Shown here one piece after another: positions 54,688 through 64,000 of a stretch of DNA of 64,000 bases (position 1 is its first letter; each line of letters begins with the position of its first letter). The position numbers were made by a program, and so were the translations under genes. The notes below the pieces were generated by a model. It did no database searches, was not told the DNA's origin, and saw only the letters and a program-made list of their open reading frames with translations. The stretch is taken from the IMG/VR virus record IMGVR_UViG_3300028887_000006. The stretch is one strand, 5' to 3'. Source of the stretch: an uncultured virus (IMG/VR IMGVR_UViG_3300028887_000006) (Duplodnaviria; Heunggongvirae; Uroviricota; Caudoviricetes).

Positions 54688-57600
54688 TCATTTACACTCC
54701 AAGTCTTTTAAGAAGTTATCTAAATCTTTATCTGCAATCTTATCTTGGTGTTTGAGAGATTCATCCAACAGTTTAAGTGCAGAATCGTATTCTTGTTTAG
54801 CTTTCTTATTATCTAACGCCTTATTGAACTTCATATCAAGTGATTTCAATGCAGACACAACGTCAATATCGGTTGATTGCTTGAAATTACGGAATCCTGC
54901 GACACGTTGACCTAACTCTTTTGCCAAACGATTCGCTACTTCGCTGTTTTTCAATTCGTCAATCAAGCCCAAATCGCCATTTTCAACAGCCAAACGTTCC
55001 AGAGCAGTGTATAAATCTTCCTTATACAACCCTTCAACTTCTGCCATTTGACCGTTAATTATCGCCAAAGCATCATCAAGACGTGTTTTTACAAAGTTGT
55101 CTGCCACTTCTGCCACTTGCATCATATCACGATGTGAATCGTATTTATCGCCCTTTAATGCCATACCGTTTCCGTCTATTTCCTTAGCCAATGCTGACAA
55201 TCTGCGTTGGATACTGTTTTGGTTTCCACCTTCAACTTCATAACGTGCTGTATCATTTAAGGTCTTTGCTTCTTCGAGTGCCAGTTTTGTTTCTTCGTCT
55301 GTTGTGTTTTCAATAACAGTATCTATTGCACGGTTTAACTTTTCGTTCGCCGCTTGTGATTCTGTCATTTCGCCACGTTCAACCATAACATCAAGGTCTG
55401 TGATATTAACTACACGGTCAAACCATGCTTTCAGTTCTGGTTTTAGTTCGCCTAACCTACCCCATGTCTGTTTGAAATATGGGTTGCTGATGTCGTTATA
55501 AATATCACGCAGTTCGCCCTGATAATCTTTCATCAGTTTTTCAACGGCATCTCTGTCTTTGTTGTCAACACTGATAAACTTTGTCCAATCTTCGTTTTGA
55601 ACAATCCATGCTTCGTAAGCACGAGCAAATGCTTCACTTGCCTTACGTGGTACAGACGTTGCATTTTCTGGTATTCCAAGAGCTTTTTCCAACGCACCCC
55701 ATGCTTTCATGAAATCTTTGCTTTGTTTCCCAGAACGATAGCGGTCAAAGTTTGCTTCCATCCAGTCATGAGCCAATTCGTGAGATAATGTGGAAGCATC
55801 CATCTTGTTTGCACGCAAGATAAATCTGTATTCTGGTATGTATGCACCACGATATGTTGATGGTGCGGCACCAGATGGGCGGTTTTGCCAGTAAATATTC
55901 CCAGTATCCGCGCTGAACGTGCCACGGTTGTCTACAGATTTGATTTGACTTGGTTCAAAAACAATATGTTCGTCCCCTGCAATAGTCCCATCATAACCAC
56001 GTGATTTTATGATGTTTGATAATTCTTCGGCAAGACCATTTGTTCTGATGTAATCTGTGAAAGATAAATCTTGAATCAAGAAATTCAAATCGTTGAAATG
56101 TGCATATTCGCCCCAAGCATTATTCAACGCATTTTCTTTGGTATCTTCTTTTTCGTTATAGCCGACTTCTTCCCAAGGTCTATATGAATTTGATTCATAA
56201 CTTCTGCCGTTTTTCTCAAAACTTGCCCGCCAAACTTGAACTTCGTTGTGTTTTGCATCGTAAGTATAGATTTTTTCCACCTTGGCATTTTTCAAAAATT
56301 CTTTTTTCAATCTTTCGTATTTATTAAAATCTTTCAAGTCGTTTTCTGCCAACAACCCCAAATCTTTTAATAATTGTCCGCCGCCTTCAAACAAATTATC
56401 ATACAACCCAGAATAATAACCACCGGTTGATACAATAAATGGTTTTTCTATTTTAAGATACACCGGCATTACAATTCTTCCATAGTATCGTGCTTCTGAT
56501 TCTATTGGTGTAAAGTAAAATCCCGAACCGAAGAAACCACTGTCTGTTGCATAACCAAATGTTGTTGGATCAAAACTATCAAATGTATTGCTTGTGCCGT
56601 GATACATAACAATAGGTCTGCCTTCTTCGTCAACCACCTTTGAATCGCCAAACCATTTATAGAAATTACGCAGGGCAGGTTCTGATTGTGCGATGCGTTC
56701 GCCGTTTGAATTATAAACTGTGCGTTCTTTTCCGTCTATGTTGATTGTTTCGCCCTTGTATTCAGGGTAAATATCGTCAAGACGTGCGTTTTCATCAGCG
56801 ATGTCAAACTGTTCTTGGAACATTGGTTGTTCGCCAAACCCGATATTAACACCACCTTTTGCCTTTTTGTTGGTCTGTGGGTATTTGTTTTCTATCAAGT
56901 TGCGAATACGCGCCAATATCTGCTCTGGTGTCATCGTTGCTACGTTGAAATTGGCAACAACAGATTTATGCAATGTGCCTATTGGCGTAACACCCAAGCG
57001 AATCTTAAAGCCTTTCCCACCTTGTGGGTTTATCTGTAAATATACAGCACCGTGTTTCGTTGGCTTCAATTCATCTATTTTTTGTACATTTACACCTTCG
57101 TTAGACAATGTATTGAACACGAGAGATGCCGAACTATTAGCCAATTCTTTTTGTTCTTGTGTAGCTTCAAACGCATCTAACGCTTTCTGTTTTTCTTTTT
57201 CAACGTATCTATCTTCAAGTTTCTTAAACTCTGTTGCAAGGTCTGATACTCTTTCCAACACATACTGGCTTGCTTGTGCCAATTTATTTTCGGTTTCTTC
57301 AATTTTCGCCCAATCTTTCTTTTCGGCTTTGTTCAATTCTTCCAGTTGGGATTTTAATTCAACAATATTATCGTTGATAGATTTGATTTCGGCACGTTGT
57401 GCTTCTGGTATGCCTTCTCTAAACCAACCAAGTTCATTTACTTCGCCTTGAAATATCTCATGGTCTGTGATTTCAATACCACGGTCTATCGCATCCATAG
57501 CAATCAGGGAATATTCCAAATCTGTGGTAGCGTCTATTATTGTGTCTTTGTTGTCCACATCAACATCACGATACATTAACGCTACTTTATTGCGTAGATT

Positions 57601-58830
57601 GTTACGCAAAATTGGGTCTTGTGAAGACATTTCAGCTGTGTTATCTATCATAGCATCTGCGACTAATTGTGCTTCTGTATCGCTAATATTTGGTAGCGTA
57701 GTTTTAATACCTTTCACAAGATTGCGTCTGTTTACATAAAAGGCAGTTGTTCCCATTGTGCCACCGATAAACAAACCCCACGCAGCACCCTTTAAGGAAT
57801 CTTCAAAACCTTCTTTCCAAGTTTTATCGGTTGTTCCTTCTATTTTACGGAACAAGGTTTCAGTTAATCCTTGCAATAATTCTTCGGTTGCTTCGCCAAC
57901 ACCAATCTTAGCCGCTGCCTTTAATCCAGCAGAGCGCAAGCCAACCTTTGTCAACGCACCTGCCATAATAGGTTCAACACCGCCCATAAATTCGATTTGC
58001 GCACCAATCGCACCATATGCAGCAGCAGACAAACCGCTTGCATCTTTTGCTGTAAAGTTTTCAAAATTCTTGTCGCCAGTGCGTTGTAAATACTGTGCAG
58101 CCGTTTCTTCTGCGTATTGTCCAGCCATTTCGGCACCAATATACCCTTTTGCTACGTTGGTTGCTATTTTAGTTGCGGCGGCTCTTCCGGCACCAAATGC
58201 GCGACTTGTAGCAAATGCGGTATTTCCAACAGCCATAGTAGGGACCATAGCACCAATTATAGCACCAGCTTCGTTATACCATTTGCTTGAATCTATCCCT
58301 TGTGCTTGATTATACAATTCTCTAACCAACTTTCTGTTTTCCACATTAGCAGTGGTGTTAGCAATAACTCTTCTTGCCCATTTGTCCACAGAATAATCAC
58401 GTCCAGAAAGCAATTTAATCGTTTCATCTAATGATTCTTGGTCTTCTTCAAACGCCTTTCTTAATTTTTCTCTTTTGTTTTTATCTGCAAGAATAGAAAC
58501 AACGTCTACTGCTGGTTCATATCTTCCTGTGCTTTCCAAAACACCCTGAGCAACTAAATTAGCAATATTTGATGGCAAATTCACTAAAGAATCTACCATA
58601 GAACGCCCAGCCGATAACACGGGTTGAGATGCTTTAGCTACAGGTGTATACGCTTGTGTTCTGATAGCTATAGGGTCTTTCCAATCTGCTGAAATCTTTG
58701 CACTGCGAACCAAATCTGCACCTGTCATAAATTTAGGTTCGGCAGTATCTGATTCGCTCAAACTAAATGGCTGTCTTGCCGCTAATGATTCATCATAATT
58801 ATCTAAATCTTTCCCAAGTATCTCAGCCAT
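54688..58830 (-). CDS. Large polyvalent internal virion protein with ADP-ribosyltransferase-like and HExxH domains
   Basis: FYKWFGDSKVVD..GRP.VMYHGT...GFYFT...VYLKI.KP...GYDG....EHIVFEPSQIKS; STLSHELAH. Confidence 0.8.
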   Translation of the reverse strand: MAEILGKDLDNYDESLAARQPFSLSESDTAEPKFMTGADLVRSAKISADWKDPIAIRTQAYTPVAKASQPVLSAGRSMVDSLVNLPSNIANLVAQGVLESTGRYEPAVDVVSILADKNKREKLRKAFEEDQESLDETIKLLSGRDYSVDKWARRVIANTTANVENRKLVRELYNQAQGIDSSKWYNEAGAIIGAMVPTMAVGNTAFATSRAFGAGRAAATKIATNVAKGYIGAEMAGQYAEETAAQYLQRTGDKNFENFTAKDASGLSAAAYGAIGAQIEFMGGVEPIMAGALTKVGLRSAGLKAAAKIGVGEATEELLQGLTETLFRKIEGTTDKTWKEGFEDSLKGAAWGLFIGGTMGTTAFYVNRRNLVKGIKTTLPNISDTEAQLVADAMIDNTAEMSSQDPILRNNLRNKVALMYRDVDVDNKDTIIDATTDLEYSLIAMDAIDRGIEITDHEIFQGEVNELGWFREGIPEAQRAEIKSINDNIVELKSQLEELNKAEKKDWAKIEETENKLAQASQYVLERVSDLATEFKKLEDRYVEKEKQKALDAFEATQEQKELANSSASLVFNTLSNEGVNVQKIDELKPTKHGAVYLQINPQGGKGFKIRLGVTPIGTLHKSVVANFNVATMTPEQILARIRNLIENKYPQTNKKAKGGVNIGFGEQPMFQEQFDIADENARLDDIYPEYKGETINIDGKERTVYNSNGERIAQSEPALRNFYKWFGDSKVVDEEGRPIVMYHGTSNTFDSFDPTTFGYATDSGFFGSGFYFTPIESEARYYGRIVMPVYLKIEKPFIVSTGGYYSGLYDNLFEGGGQLLKDLGLLAENDLKDFNKYERLKKEFLKNAKVEKIYTYDAKHNEVQVWRASFEKNGRSYESNSYRPWEEVGYNEKEDTKENALNNAWGEYAHFNDLNFLIQDLSFTDYIRTNGLAEELSNIIKSRGYDGTIAGDEHIVFEPSQIKSVDNRGTFSADTGNIYWQNRPSGAAPSTYRGAYIPEYRFILRANKMDASTLSHELAHDWMEANFDRYRSGKQSKDFMKAWGALEKALGIPENATSVPRKASEAFARAYEAWIVQNEDWTKFISVDNKDRDAVEKLMKDYQGELRDIYNDISNPYFKQTWGRLGELKPELKAWFDRVVNITDLDVMVERGEMTESQAANEKLNRAIDTVIENTTDEETKLALEEAKTLNDTARYEVEGGNQNSIQRRLSALAKEIDGNGMALKGDKYDSHRDMMQVAEVADNFVKTRLDDALAIINGQMAEVEGLYKEDLYTALERLAVENGDLGLIDELKNSEVANRLAKELGQRVAGFRNFKQSTDIDVVSALKSLDMKFNKALDNKKAKQEYDSALKLLDESLKHQDKIADKDLDNFLKDLECK

Positions 58831-58860
58831 TTCTCATCCTTTGGGTTAATGGTAACACAA

Positions 58861-60456
58861 TTATTCAACAATTTCAAATATAACGTCGCCATCAAAAGTA
58901 AAATCTTTCGGTCTAACAACACGACCATTTCGATTTACGCGATACTCTGGGTTTTTCGATGCTTCTTCCCAATCAACCCAGTCATACTTGATTTGAGCAG
59001 CGTTTTTCTGGACTTCTCTTTGAGTTTGTTTTACGCCCGCCCAATCTCCTTGGCGAATTTGTTGGTTTATTGTATCGGTTGCGGTAGACAATAAATTATT
59101 TAAGCGAATAAGTTTTACAGATTCGTCATAGCTCATTTTATCCAGCAAAGTAAGTCCTTGCCACGCTGTTTTCAACCCACCTTTGCCTGTACTGATATTG
59201 CGAACCGTTGTCATTTTAGATTCAAAATTGTCAATAATATCGCTAAAATTCTGCATAATTGGCGCAAAAGCAGTATTTGTTTCCCAGTTTACTACGGTTT
59301 CACGCATTCTCTGTACATTTTTAGGGTTCAACCCGTATGTTTGGGCGTATTCTGCAATCGAATCAAGTGTTGCTGTTCCTTGTTCCAAAATCTTTTGTTG
59401 TTCTGCATCGTTTGTTGGTGCCGGATTCTTTTCTGCGCTGTTAATCATACGCAACAAATCAAGCATAGCAACAGGGCTTTCTGTCTTACTTGGGTCGATT
59501 TCGTTGAATTTAACGTTGACCTTTTCCATCTGGTTTATCATTTCTTTCGGCAATAAGCCAGATTCTCTCAATGATTCTACTGTTCCGGGCAAATCCTGCA
59601 GTTGCAAAGACGTATATTCTTTTACGCTTTGGTTAAATCTTGCTTTTTTAATATCTGCACCTGCACGTTTTAATTCTTTTTGTGCGTATGCTTTTGCTTT
59701 TTCATATACTGTTCTGCTCATACCATTGTCTGCCATATAACGTTCTGGTGCAAGCATAAACTTTGTATAATAATCTGTTGAATTCTTTAAATCATCGTCA
59801 TCATTAAGCAACATGCCATCAAAAAACTGTTTAAACCCTTCCAACATAGCATTTTCTGGATTTTTCATTTTCTTACGTTGAGTTTCTGTAAAATAGAAAC
59901 TACCATCATCGTCTGTTAAATCTGCAAGTTTTGCTAAATCAGAACGCTGTTTAACGTATGTTTCGACATCCATTGGGCGTTTTTCTGCTGGTTCTACAGC
60001 ATTATACGTCAACACATTAAAATAACTTGTAGCAAGGTCGTCTGATAACCCTTCTGCATATGCGGTGGCGTTTATTTTAGTTTGCTTTCTTTGGCGTTTT
60101 TTCTGTTCTGTAATAGTCTTATTTAATATAGATGCAGAATCATAGTATGTGTCTTTCATAAACTGATTACGGATAGCCGGTGGCGTATCACTAGGCAACA
60201 TTTCTGTACGAATCTTTTCCAGTGCTTGTTGCAACTGCGCAGGATTGTTGCCAAATTCTTGAACAGCTTCATCACATTGCTTTTTCCATTCGTTTTTAAC
60301 AGCAAAATCCCAGTTGGTAATAGAGTCCTTGTATGCCTTGGCAGATGCTTTTTCAAACTTAGATGTATCAACACCCGGTTCTTTTATGTTTAAGACATTC
60401 ACATCGCCCGGAATTCCAGGTGTTTGTGTTTGTTTTATTTCTGCTACGTCTGCCAT
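58861..60456 (-). CDS. Internal virion protein
   Basis: Helical, 531 aa, T7-like core gene position. Confidence 0.6.
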   Translation of the reverse strand: MADVAEIKQTQTPGIPGDVNVLNIKEPGVDTSKFEKASAKAYKDSITNWDFAVKNEWKKQCDEAVQEFGNNPAQLQQALEKIRTEMLPSDTPPAIRNQFMKDTYYDSASILNKTITEQKKRQRKQTKINATAYAEGLSDDLATSYFNVLTYNAVEPAEKRPMDVETYVKQRSDLAKLADLTDDDGSFYFTETQRKKMKNPENAMLEGFKQFFDGMLLNDDDDLKNSTDYYTKFMLAPERYMADNGMSRTVYEKAKAYAQKELKRAGADIKKARFNQSVKEYTSLQLQDLPGTVESLRESGLLPKEMINQMEKVNVKFNEIDPSKTESPVAMLDLLRMINSAEKNPAPTNDAEQQKILEQGTATLDSIAEYAQTYGLNPKNVQRMRETVVNWETNTAFAPIMQNFSDIIDNFESKMTTVRNISTGKGGLKTAWQGLTLLDKMSYDESVKLIRLNNLLSTATDTINQQIRQGDWAGVKQTQREVQKNAAQIKYDWVDWEEASKNPEYRVNRNGRVVRPKDFTFDGDVIFEIVE

Positions 60457-60467
60457 ATTTTATCCTT

Positions 60468-61112
60468 TTAACTTAAAATAAAATCTGCTGCTAATTTCCC
60501 ATAAGAACTCTTGTACCCTTGTGCCTTGGTTGCACCTTCAAATCCTGCCCATAAATCGCCAAACGAACCGGCATCTCCACCTTTAAGAATACTGTCAAGA
60601 CCTGTTTCTCCGCCTATGCTAAGCAAAACTGCGTCTTCTGCCGCTTTAATGCCTGATTCTACCAACTGGCCCGTCAACTGATATTTAGCTAGTTTCTGAC
60701 CTATCTTTGCTTGTTCCTGATAAGATTTATATGCGGCTTTGTCCATATTTACATTACTTGTGGCTATTGCTATATCCTGTGTAATATTATACGCAGATTC
60801 TTTATGTTTTTCAAGTATATTACTCATAGAAACACGAATACCATGAGAAGCCGTTTGCACAATATCATTAGCAACCGCAGTATTAAACTTATCTTGCAAC
60901 TTGTTTTTGATAGTCAACAACTTATTATCCAAAGCATCCATTTTATTTTGATATGCTTGAATAGTGTTTTCTGTTTGCAAGTTGAGATTTTTATTACGCA
61001 TACCGAAGAAAGCTAGATTGTCGAAGAATTGTAACAAATCTCCAGCAGAACCAAATATTTGGCTTTCAAAATCGCTTATGCGTGCCTGTGATAATGCGTT
61101 TGTATCTTCCAT
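60468..61112 (-). CDS. Internal virion protein (T7 gp14-like position)
   Basis: Coiled coil; ASHGI motif. Confidence 0.55.
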   Translation of the reverse strand: MEDTNALSQARISDFESQIFGSAGDLLQFFDNLAFFGMRNKNLNLQTENTIQAYQNKMDALDNKLLTIKNKLQDKFNTAVANDIVQTASHGIRVSMSNILEKHKESAYNITQDIAIATSNVNMDKAAYKSYQEQAKIGQKLAKYQLTGQLVESGIKAAEDAVLLSIGGETGLDSILKGGDAGSFGDLWAGFEGATKAQGYKSSYGKLAADFILS

Positions 61113-61113
61113 C

Positions 61114-63375
61114 TTAGCTATCCAATGTTCCGTACTCTATGTTCATCAGTAATGATTCTAGATGGAACATTGCCCCATTTTTGTTGGTTATTGTGTATTT
61201 AATCTCGTCTTTCATCCCTGTTACGCCATAAAAGCATATATGGTCTGTGCGTGGATTCATATACCCAGTCTTTCCATTTATAGTTATAGCACCTGCTGGG
61301 GTGTCATGTACAGACATTTGTGCCTTTCCAATGCGTTTCATAACAGATTTGGTCTTTCCGCCCACGTCAATCGGGTGTGAACGAACTATTGCATCAATAG
61401 AAAGCCCAACAGTAACATTTGTCAAACTAGAAATATCTGATTGTATTTCCCCGTATTCGTCTGTTGTGCTTGAGAACTTAAATTCGCCATTTGCATATAT
61501 ATTTATTGGCGCATTGGCTATTGTCTTAAATTCGGGTGTAGTTTCTGGGTTTTTTATTCCATCTATAACGTAATAATTCTTAGAACCAAACGAGAACACT
61601 TCGCCAGTCATATCCATTTGCCCATCAAAGTCTAATACTGCAGGCAATACAACATTATTATTATTCCCAGAATAGTTATTTGGGGATGCCTGGCTTAATG
61701 TAACCATGAACAAAACACCGTCTTTCAAGTTAACGCTACTATGAATCATTGGTGTATTGTCGTTATGTACAACAACATAAGTACTATCAGGATTATATTG
61801 TTTATATTCGGATTGAACCGTTGTTTTTATTTTCCATCTATTCCAAATCATAGCCTGATTTTCAGGAACGAAGTTGCAAACACTTACTCTTGGATAGTTT
61901 GCATCGTCTTTATTTATCAAGAATAAATACTTTCCTGTGCTGTTTATTTTATCTTCATAACCAGCAAGGCAATATGGATACCATACCAAATCATGCGGTG
62001 CTGCAGTATTGATATTCGAAGATTGGAAGATATTGCTTTGGAATTCATACTGCATAGCTTTTATTTGATTCCCTGTAGCATCACAATATAAACACAAAGA
62101 TTCAAAAACAATAGGTTTGCAATCTCTAAAAGAGCCGTTACCCGACTGTTTTACAACAGAACCACTTTCATAGGCATATTCATAGGAATCTGTCATAATC
62201 TTTAGTCCGTTATAATCAACTAAATGCAATATTTTTTCTTTATATTGCGTAAGAATATCAAGAGTAATTGCTTCGTTTTCTTGATTATAGTCGTTCTTAA
62301 AGTCGTTATATTTGGCTATTTGTGAGCCAATAGTAAGTGCGTATGATTCCCCACTTGCTTCAGCAGAACCTTCTGCCCAATCGCCAGCCCACAATCTTTG
62401 TTCTATAAACAATAATTGCGTTGGGTGCGGAAATGTTTCTTGAAGATGATAGTTTGGTGTTAATGAAGTGAATCCATACTCTATTGTTACTTCAGAATCA
62501 GCAGCCTGTTCGTCTGCAACTGGTGTTAATAAGCTACCCCATGCAATAATTTCATTGTTTTTAGGGCTATAGCCTTCCACTCTCATATATGCGCCATTTT
62601 TTGGGAACTGTATAATTGTTCCTGTTGGTATTTTTTCAATTATCAGCGACATATTTTGCAAAGTATTAGAAAGATTTGTTGTAATAGAACTAAATACTGT
62701 TGAAGATATTACTGCGCCACCAAAGCCCGATGTATCTGTTGCAATATACGGTTGAAAACCACTACTGTCATGGTTAAAGTTAAGGCTTGGAATATCTGTT
62801 GTGGTTATCTTTTTAGTTTTTGTTCCGTCTGGTGCATACCAACCACCAACAAAATAAAATACTTCTTTTGTAAGAGAATAGGTTGTATCTGTGTAAGAAG
62901 CAATTTTTATCTTAAATATCTGTGGATCACATGCTATCAACAAGTAGTTATTCTGTTGCGCATAAGAAAGCGGATGATATTCTTTTACTGTGTCTTTTCT
63001 AAACTGTGTTGATAATCTTATAGCATCGTCAGTAAAATCAAATTTATATACGATTTTTCCGTCTTTGACACGCATACTTTCGGCAGGTGTTAGATTTCCA
63101 TGAATACAAAGCAAAATATAATCGTCTTCGCTGATATAAAATGGAATTACCTGCATGTGTGGGTCATATCTGAAATAACAATCCATTACGCTAGGGTCTG
63201 TAATAGATTCCAAAATCTTAATTGCGGGTCTACGAGATACATTGCCGTAAATATCAGGCATGCAGTTTTCCATGAGTTCAACGGAAGCCATGGTTATACC
63301 AGTGTCGGTTCTTTCTTCCAGTGCTTCTGCTGTTTCCCCCCTAGACCACTTAACTCGTTTCTGTTGGCTTTGCAT
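61114..63375 (-). CDS. Tail tubular protein B (nozzle)
   Basis: WSRGE, ENCMPDIYGNVSRRP, EQRLW. Confidence 0.85.
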   Translation of the reverse strand: MQSQQKRVKWSRGETAEALEERTDTGITMASVELMENCMPDIYGNVSRRPAIKILESITDPSVMDCYFRYDPHMQVIPFYISEDDYILLCIHGNLTPAESMRVKDGKIVYKFDFTDDAIRLSTQFRKDTVKEYHPLSYAQQNNYLLIACDPQIFKIKIASYTDTTYSLTKEVFYFVGGWYAPDGTKTKKITTTDIPSLNFNHDSSGFQPYIATDTSGFGGAVISSTVFSSITTNLSNTLQNMSLIIEKIPTGTIIQFPKNGAYMRVEGYSPKNNEIIAWGSLLTPVADEQAADSEVTIEYGFTSLTPNYHLQETFPHPTQLLFIEQRLWAGDWAEGSAEASGESYALTIGSQIAKYNDFKNDYNQENEAITLDILTQYKEKILHLVDYNGLKIMTDSYEYAYESGSVVKQSGNGSFRDCKPIVFESLCLYCDATGNQIKAMQYEFQSNIFQSSNINTAAPHDLVWYPYCLAGYEDKINSTGKYLFLINKDDANYPRVSVCNFVPENQAMIWNRWKIKTTVQSEYKQYNPDSTYVVVHNDNTPMIHSSVNLKDGVLFMVTLSQASPNNYSGNNNNVVLPAVLDFDGQMDMTGEVFSFGSKNYYVIDGIKNPETTPEFKTIANAPINIYANGEFKFSSTTDEYGEIQSDISSLTNVTVGLSIDAIVRSHPIDVGGKTKSVMKRIGKAQMSVHDTPAGAITINGKTGYMNPRTDHICFYGVTGMKDEIKYTITNKNGAMFHLESLLMNIEYGTLDS

Positions 63376-64000
63376 TACATTCCCCCACCCATTTTACCAC
63401 GAATCCACAACAACGGATTACCGTCAAGTGAATCGTGTTTGTTGCGTTTAGAGTCGATGTTCTTTGCTTTACGGAAGAAGAAGGGTTCTTCCCCTGTCAG
63501 CAACTGTTGTCTTTGCATATCTCCATTCAGATATCCGTTTAATCTCTGTGCCAAAAATACCTTAAACCAGTCCACGAATTCCACTGGGAATACTGCTTCG
63601 TCAACATCTGCCACATATTTTATACGCAATCTCTTATTGTTAGCATATATAACAGTACCGATTGTTGTATAATCAGCAAGTATGTTTATTTGTTCAGCAG
63701 GGAAAGCGGCAATATAACCAAGCAAATCTGTTGGCAATAATGTTGCTCTTGTGTAATTCCCTACTGTTTTGGCTTCGTTTATGCCCGTAAGAGAGATTTC
63801 TTGAGCCGTATCTGTGTTATCTATGTATTCCAAGTATATCGTCTGTGTGTCGATATAAATCTTGTTTTCATCGTTTACGTATTCTGTTATCTGTTCGGTC
63901 TTTGTGTCGTCTGTGTATATTGTAAAAGCAGATGAAGGCTTTCTGTCCGCAGGGAACGCAACCACGTATTCAAATGTCGGAACTACAGTGTATTTAAACG
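63375..64000 (-). CDS. Tail tubular protein A (adaptor), 5' end probably outside the window
   Basis: LPTDLL...IKYV....E..FPVEFVD....LA..L...A.NIDS. Confidence 0.75.
   Translation of the reverse strand, partial: FKYTVVPTFEYVVAFPADRKPSSAFTIYTDDTKTEQITEYVNDENKIYIDTQTIYLEYIDNTDTAQEISLTGINEAKTVGNYTRATLLPTDLLGYIAAFPAEQINILADYTTIGTVIYANNKRLRIKYVADVDEAVFPVEFVDWFKVFLAQRLNGYLNGDMQRQQLLTGEEPFFFRKAKNIDSKRNKHDSLDGNPLLWIRGKMGGGM

Larger units (their letters stand above)
37186..64000. mobile_element. Phage B, partial podovirus-like genome
   Basis: Second independent terminase, portal, scaffold, endolysin, tail fibre and tail tubular genes; continues past the window end. Confidence 0.85.

Noticed and set aside
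1..64000. Stop-codon reassignment
   Set aside because: Standard code gives full-length genes and TAA, TAG and TGA all act as stops

Overview
The window is all tailed-phage DNA, with no host genes, rRNA, tRNA or CRISPR array recognised. It holds two related but distinct podovirus-like genomes joined head to tail. Phage A (1-37298) looks like a complete circularly permuted genome of 37,185 bp, because bases 1-113 recur exactly at 37186-37298. Its minus strand carries terS, terL, scaffold, capsid, portal, adaptor and nozzle, ejection proteins, tail fibres and holin. Its plus strand carries an Ocr-like protein, a Sak-like annealase, a YqaJ exonuclease, a VapE-like ATPase, a C5 methyltransferase, a DUF5675 protein and an ERCC4 nuclease. 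No integrase or DNA polymerase was found. Phage B (37186 to beyond 64000, partial) has its own methyltransferase, terminase, T7-like portal, scaffold, holin, M15 endolysin, tail fibre, a polyvalent virion protein with an ART domain, and tail tubular proteins A and B. Lipoproteins suggest a diderm host. Highlights: (1) a complete HNH endonuclease gene hidden in another reading frame inside the methyltransferase while the host frame stays open; (2) a 9-12 aa micropeptide, MPCGKKRK, conserved between both phages with synonymous changes; (3) two 54-nt stem-loops ending in ACCA with anti-Shine-Dalgarno-like loops, plus other small-RNA-like units; (4) a homing endonuclease that appears to have replaced the endolysin 3' end; (5) palindromic TGTCGACA -35 promoters; (6) unimolecular-spanin-like lipoproteins. 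All product calls come from recognising motifs by eye; no database searches were run.
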